Positions 15,869-19,372 of a stretch of DNA of 19,372 bases are shown here, piece by piece. This DNA comes from Nitrospirota bacterium (lineage in GTDB: Bacteria > Nitrospirota > UBA9217), in NCBI GenBank assembly GCA_035623825.1, contig DASPSR010000039.1, forward strand, positions 1 to 19,372. Direction: 5' to 3'. Positions within the stretch are counted from its first letter, which is position 1; the number at the start of each line of letters is the position of its first letter. Below the pieces are notes generated by a model. It was not told where the DNA came from. It saw only the letters and a program-made list of their open reading frames with translations, and did not search any database. The translations under genes were made by a program, and so were the position numbers.

Positions 15869-18244
15869 ATGAATAACAGTACACATTTCAATCGATCTGG
15901 TCGCCGATTCTTGACGCTCGTTCGTCTGGTCCTGATAGCGGCCGTATGCGCCGGCGCAGGCTGGGCCGGACATGCATGGGGGATCGACGAGGGATGGCCT
16001 CGCCAGAAACAACAGGACGGCAATACCCTGGTGTACTATCAGCCTCAGCTGGACAGCTGGAAGGACCAGAAAGTACTTAAGGCCCGCATTGCCGTGGAAT
16101 TGACGCTCCAGGGACAAACACAGCCGATCGCCGGTGCGGTCTGGATCACCACGGACACGGAAACCGATCTTGAGAGCAGGACCGTAACTCTCGACGACAT
16201 CGAAGTGGAAAAGACAAGCTTCGCGGTGCTCGACCCCGCTCTTTCGAGCGCGGCCGAAAAGGCCGTGAAGTCAATGATCAGCCCCAAACCGCTGGTCGTT
16301 GCTCTTGACCGCATCCTGGCCGGGCTCAGGCAGACGGAACTGACTGAGGCAAAGAACGTCGAGCTCAAAAACGACCCGCCGAAGATCATCGTCTCAATCA
16401 AGCCTGCCCGGCTCCTGATCTTCGACGGCCAGCCCGTGTTCGCCAAGATAGAAGGCACAAACCTGCTGTACGCGATCAACACTAACTGGACCTTGCTCAA
16501 CGAAGAAGCTACGTCCAACTACTACCTGCTCGACGGCACAACGTGGCTATTCACGAACAAGCTCGGCGATCCCTGGAAGCTGACGAAGTCCCTGCCCGGC
16601 GACATTGCCCGTCTTCCGGCAGACGACAACTTCAAGGACGCGCGAGAAAATGCGCAGGGGCGGAACCCTCAATACAGCAAGCCGCCGATCATCTATATGA
16701 TGACGGAACCGGCGGAACTGATCGTGTTCGACGGTAAGCCGAAGTACAAGGAGGCTGGGCCAAAGGAACTGTATTATGCTGTGAACACTGACGCGGACCT
16801 CTTCTACTATCGTAAGGACAAGACCTGGTACTTCCTCGTGGCCGGACGCTGGTACAGGGCAACGGAGTCGCTCGACGGACCATGGAGTTTCGCCACAGGG
16901 GACTTGCCCACGGTGTTCTCTTTGATACCGTCTTACGGGCCCAAGGGACGGGTGCTTTACTCCGTGCCCGGCACGCCCCAGGCGCAGGAAGCGGTTCGCG
17001 CGGCGGGAATCCCTCAAACCGCCACGATCAAACCTAGTGATGTCAAGCTGACCGTCGCCTATTCCGGCGACCCCCAGTTCGAACCCATCCCGGGCACAAC
17101 CCCACCGCTCCAGTATGCTGTAAACGCTTCCGTTGCCGTTATCAAGGTGAGCGATACGGCTTATTATGCCTGCGACCGAGGCATTTGGTTTGCCGCTCCC
17201 GCACCCGCAGGGCCATGGGTCGTGGCGTCCTCTGTGCCTCAGGCGATCTATACCATCCCTCCCAGCTCGCCGCTCTACTCTGTTACCTATGTGGTCCAGT
17301 ACGAGCAATCACCAGAGGTTGTTGTTTCGAGCTACACGCCGGGGTATACCGGTTGTTACGTGAGCTTCGGCGTTGCGTTCTGGGGAACAGGCTATTACTA
17401 TCCGCCGTATTGGCACTATCCGCCGTACGGCTACCCCATCTACTACCCACGGCCTTATACCTGGGGCGCCTATGCCTGGTACAATCCAGCAACCAGCACC
17501 TATTACCGAGGCGGTGCTGTGTACGGGCCATATGGTGGTTTTGGAGCTGGATCCTCCTATAACCCGGCCACGGGAACGTACAAACGGGGATACGCGGCGT
17601 ACGGCCCGGCAGGCGGATACAAGGTCGGCCAGGCGTACAACTCCGGGACCGGCGCCTGGGCAACAGGCGCTGCCGCCTATGGGCCGAACGGGTCCATCCG
17701 CGCGGCCCAAGGATACAATCCTTCAACGGGAACGAAATTTGCCGGCGCCCAGGGTTCGAGCGTTTACGGAAGCTGGGGTGCCGGGGTCGTATCGCGCGGC
17801 GACCAGTGGGTAAAGGGCGCTTATAGAAGCACCGACCAAGGTACGGTAGGGGGGATCAAGACGTCCGAAGGCGGAAGCGTCGTCAAAGGGCAGAACAATA
17901 CCTATGTAGGCAAGGACGGCAATGTCTACCGCAAGAGCGAATCGGGGTGGTCGAAATGGGATAATGGGTCCTGGTCCCCCGTTGAGCGTCAAAGGGGAAA
18001 CACACCTTCGCAGCTTCCGGCGCAGTCTGGGTCACCCCAGCAGGGAGCATTGGGCAACCGCGCGAGCAGCAATGATGTGACACGTGACCTGAACAGAGAG
18101 AGCGCGAACCGTGCTGACGGAAATGTGCGCGCCAACCAGTGGAACCGGGAATATAGTTCGCGAAGCAGCGCAACACCGTCATATGGCGGCGGGGCGCCGG
18201 CGCGTGGCGGTGGAGGGATGCGCGGCGGAGGTGGGCGCCGCTGA
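15869..18244 (+). CDS. Large secreted repeat protein of unknown function (Tyr/Gly-rich, YNPxTG repeats, RGG tail)
   Basis: SD AAGGAG, signal peptide ending around HAWG, three internal repeats of about 100 aa, a Tyr/Pro-rich linker, four 26-aa repeats and a low-complexity Gly/Arg C-terminus. Confidence 0.88.
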   Translation: MNNSTHFNRSGRRFLTLVRLVLIAAVCAGAGWAGHAWGIDEGWPRQKQQDGNTLVYYQPQLDSWKDQKVLKARIAVELTLQGQTQPIAGAVWITTDTETDLESRTVTLDDIEVEKTSFAVLDPALSSAAEKAVKSMISPKPLVVALDRILAGLRQTELTEAKNVELKNDPPKIIVSIKPARLLIFDGQPVFAKIEGTNLLYAINTNWTLLNEEATSNYYLLDGTTWLFTNKLGDPWKLTKSLPGDIARLPADDNFKDARENAQGRNPQYSKPPIIYMMTEPAELIVFDGKPKYKEAGPKELYYAVNTDADLFYYRKDKTWYFLVAGRWYRATESLDGPWSFATGDLPTVFSLIPSYGPKGRVLYSVPGTPQAQEAVRAAGIPQTATIKPSDVKLTVAYSGDPQFEPIPGTTPPLQYAVNASVAVIKVSDTAYYACDRGIWFAAPAPAGPWVVASSVPQAIYTIPPSSPLYSVTYVVQYEQSPEVVVSSYTPGYTGCYVSFGVAFWGTGYYYPPYWHYPPYGYPIYYPRPYTWGAYAWYNPATSTYYRGGAVYGPYGGFGAGSSYNPATGTYKRGYAAYGPAGGYKVGQAYNSGTGAWATGAAAYGPNGSIRAAQGYNPSTGTKFAGAQGSSVYGSWGAGVVSRGDQWVKGAYRSTDQGTVGGIKTSEGGSVVKGQNNTYVGKDGNVYRKSESGWSKWDNGSWSPVERQRGNTPSQLPAQSGSPQQGALGNRASSNDVTRDLNRESANRADGNVRANQWNREYSSRSSATPSYGGGAPARGGGGMRGGGGRR
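17480..17791 (+). repeat. Four 78-nt (26-aa) intragenic repeats
   Basis: The Tyr codons of YNPATS, YNPATG, YNSGTG and YNPSTG fall at 17480, 17558, 17636 and 17714, an exact 78-nt period. The first three units contain YGPxG. Confidence 0.85.
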
Positions 18245-18336
18245 AAAAGCAGTTTGCGAATGCCTTAACAAGACAACCGGAACGAAGGATAATCTTCTGA
18301 AGCTGTAAGCGACAGGCTACAAGTGGAGGAAATTGC

Positions 18337-19372
18337 ATGAGACAACGACTCCCGAAAGTATTTTACAATCTAATTTCTCTTATTGGCCTGGTCATCGCTG
18401 TCTTCAACATAGGCTTCATTGTCTTCCTGTCGGTCGTTGACGCGTTGTCTAGCCGCGTCCACCCCTATGCCGATTTGGTCATCTGGCTCGTTCTTCCCAT
18501 GCTCGTCCTCCTCGGCGTGATTTTAATAATCATTGGGATCAAGCGCGAGCGACGGAAAGAGCGGGCTGGCGCCCAGGTAGAGCGCCGCTTTCTGACCATA
18601 GACTTTAATGATCCGAGGCACCGTAAGACGGCCGTCGTGTTGCTGACCGGATTCCTTCTCCTGTCCATGCTTTATGCATTTGCCGGGTACAAGGCGTACG
18701 AATTCACCGAATCGGAGACGTTCTGCGGGATGATGTGCCACCAAGTCATGGGACCAGAATCCCGGTCTCATGCCTACTGGGTCCATGCCGAAATAGCGTG
18801 TGTGGATTGCCATGTGGGGCCTGGCGCCAAGTATTTCCTGCTTTATAAGCTCAAAGGGACGCGGCAACTCTTTGACGTTATGTTCGACCGGTACCCGCGA
18901 CCGATCCCAACGCCCGTCGTGGACCTGAGGCCTGCCCAAGCTGTCTGCGAGCACTGTCACGGGCCGCAGTACCAGATCAACCAGCGGCTGGAGAGCAGGA
19001 CATACTTCCTCGCGGACAAGAATAACACCCGGAAGACGATCAACCTGCTGTTGCGCATGGGAAAGGCGGATTTGACGACAGAGCGGCCTCCCCGTATGCA
19101 CTGGCATTCAAGCACGACAAAGGAGATCATCTACGCTGCGACTGACAAGAAACGGACGGTGATTCCCTGGGTCCGGGTCAAACGGCTTGACGGCAAGGAA
19201 AGAGTATACCGCAGCGTTGACTCGAAGATGTCCGATGCTGAAGCGGCAAAGTACGGGCCGCGGCGTATGGACTGCATCGACTGCCACAACCGGCAGGGCC
19301 ATCCTTATAACCCTCCTGATGTCATTCTAAACGCATTACTGGCCGTACAGCTCATCGATCCTGGCCTGCCCG
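18337..19372 (+). CDS. imcH: ImcH-like inner-membrane multiheme c-type cytochrome (NapC/NirT family); 3'-truncated by the window edge
   Basis: Absent from the ORF track. Hand translation from ATG 18337 (SD GGAGG) is open to the window end: MRQRLPKVFYNLISLIG..., three TM helices, IDFNDPRHR, YEFTESETFCGMMCH (18724), CVDCHVGPGA (18799), PIPTPVVDLRPAQAVCEHCH (18946), MHWH, RRMDCIDCHNR (19273). These motifs match my recollection of Geobacter ImcH. Confidence 0.85.
   Translation, partial: MRQRLPKVFYNLISLIGLVIAVFNIGFIVFLSVVDALSSRVHPYADLVIWLVLPMLVLLGVILIIIGIKRERRKERAGAQVERRFLTIDFNDPRHRKTAVVLLTGFLLLSMLYAFAGYKAYEFTESETFCGMMCHQVMGPESRSHAYWVHAEIACVDCHVGPGAKYFLLYKLKGTRQLFDVMFDRYPRPIPTPVVDLRPAQAVCEHCHGPQYQINQRLESRTYFLADKNNTRKTINLLLRMGKADLTTERPPRMHWHSSTTKEIIYAATDKKRTVIPWVRVKRLDGKERVYRSVDSKMSDAEAAKYGPRRMDCIDCHNRQGHPYNPPDVILNALLAVQLIDPGLP

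Noticed and set aside
15893-15915. Twin-arginine (Tat) signal in the 791-aa protein (SGRRFLT)
   Set aside because: The spacing does not fit S/T-R-R-x-F-L-K, and it cannot be distinguished from a Sec signal by eye.
16547-19302. Minus-strand ORFs 16547-17308, 18523-19107 and 19108-19302
   Set aside because: Antisense shadows of the repeat protein and the cytochrome, which carry the convincing motifs.
1-19372. CRISPR array, integron attC sites, IS elements, tRNA or rRNA
   Set aside because: No regularly spaced repeats with unique spacers, no shared intergenic repeat family, no transposase or integrase, and no RNA-gene signatures seen.

Overview
A bacterial window with 19 CDSs, all on the + strand, and no recognisable rRNA, tRNA, CRISPR array or mobile element. 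In order: the 3' end of an arylsulfatase-type gene, an anaerobic sulfatase-maturating radical SAM/SPASM enzyme, a membrane-anchored or exported hypothetical, a secreted 8-Cys repeat protein, a complete pqiA(split)-pqiB-pqiC MCE transport operon, a membrane hypothetical, two lipoproteins, an orphan membrane-anchored TAXI-type binding protein, a TIGYG K+ channel, a periplasmic alpha-carbonic anhydrase, a second 8-Cys repeat protein, a coiled-coil OmpA/MotB lipoprotein, a membrane HD-GYP phosphodiesterase, a 791-aa secreted repeat protein, and the 5' part of an ImcH-like NapC/NirT multiheme cytochrome that the ORF track misses because it runs off the window. Nearly every product is envelope-targeted. 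The gene mix suggests an anaerobe such as Desulfobacterota or Nitrospirota (inference only). All family calls come from motif recognition by eye; no searches were run.
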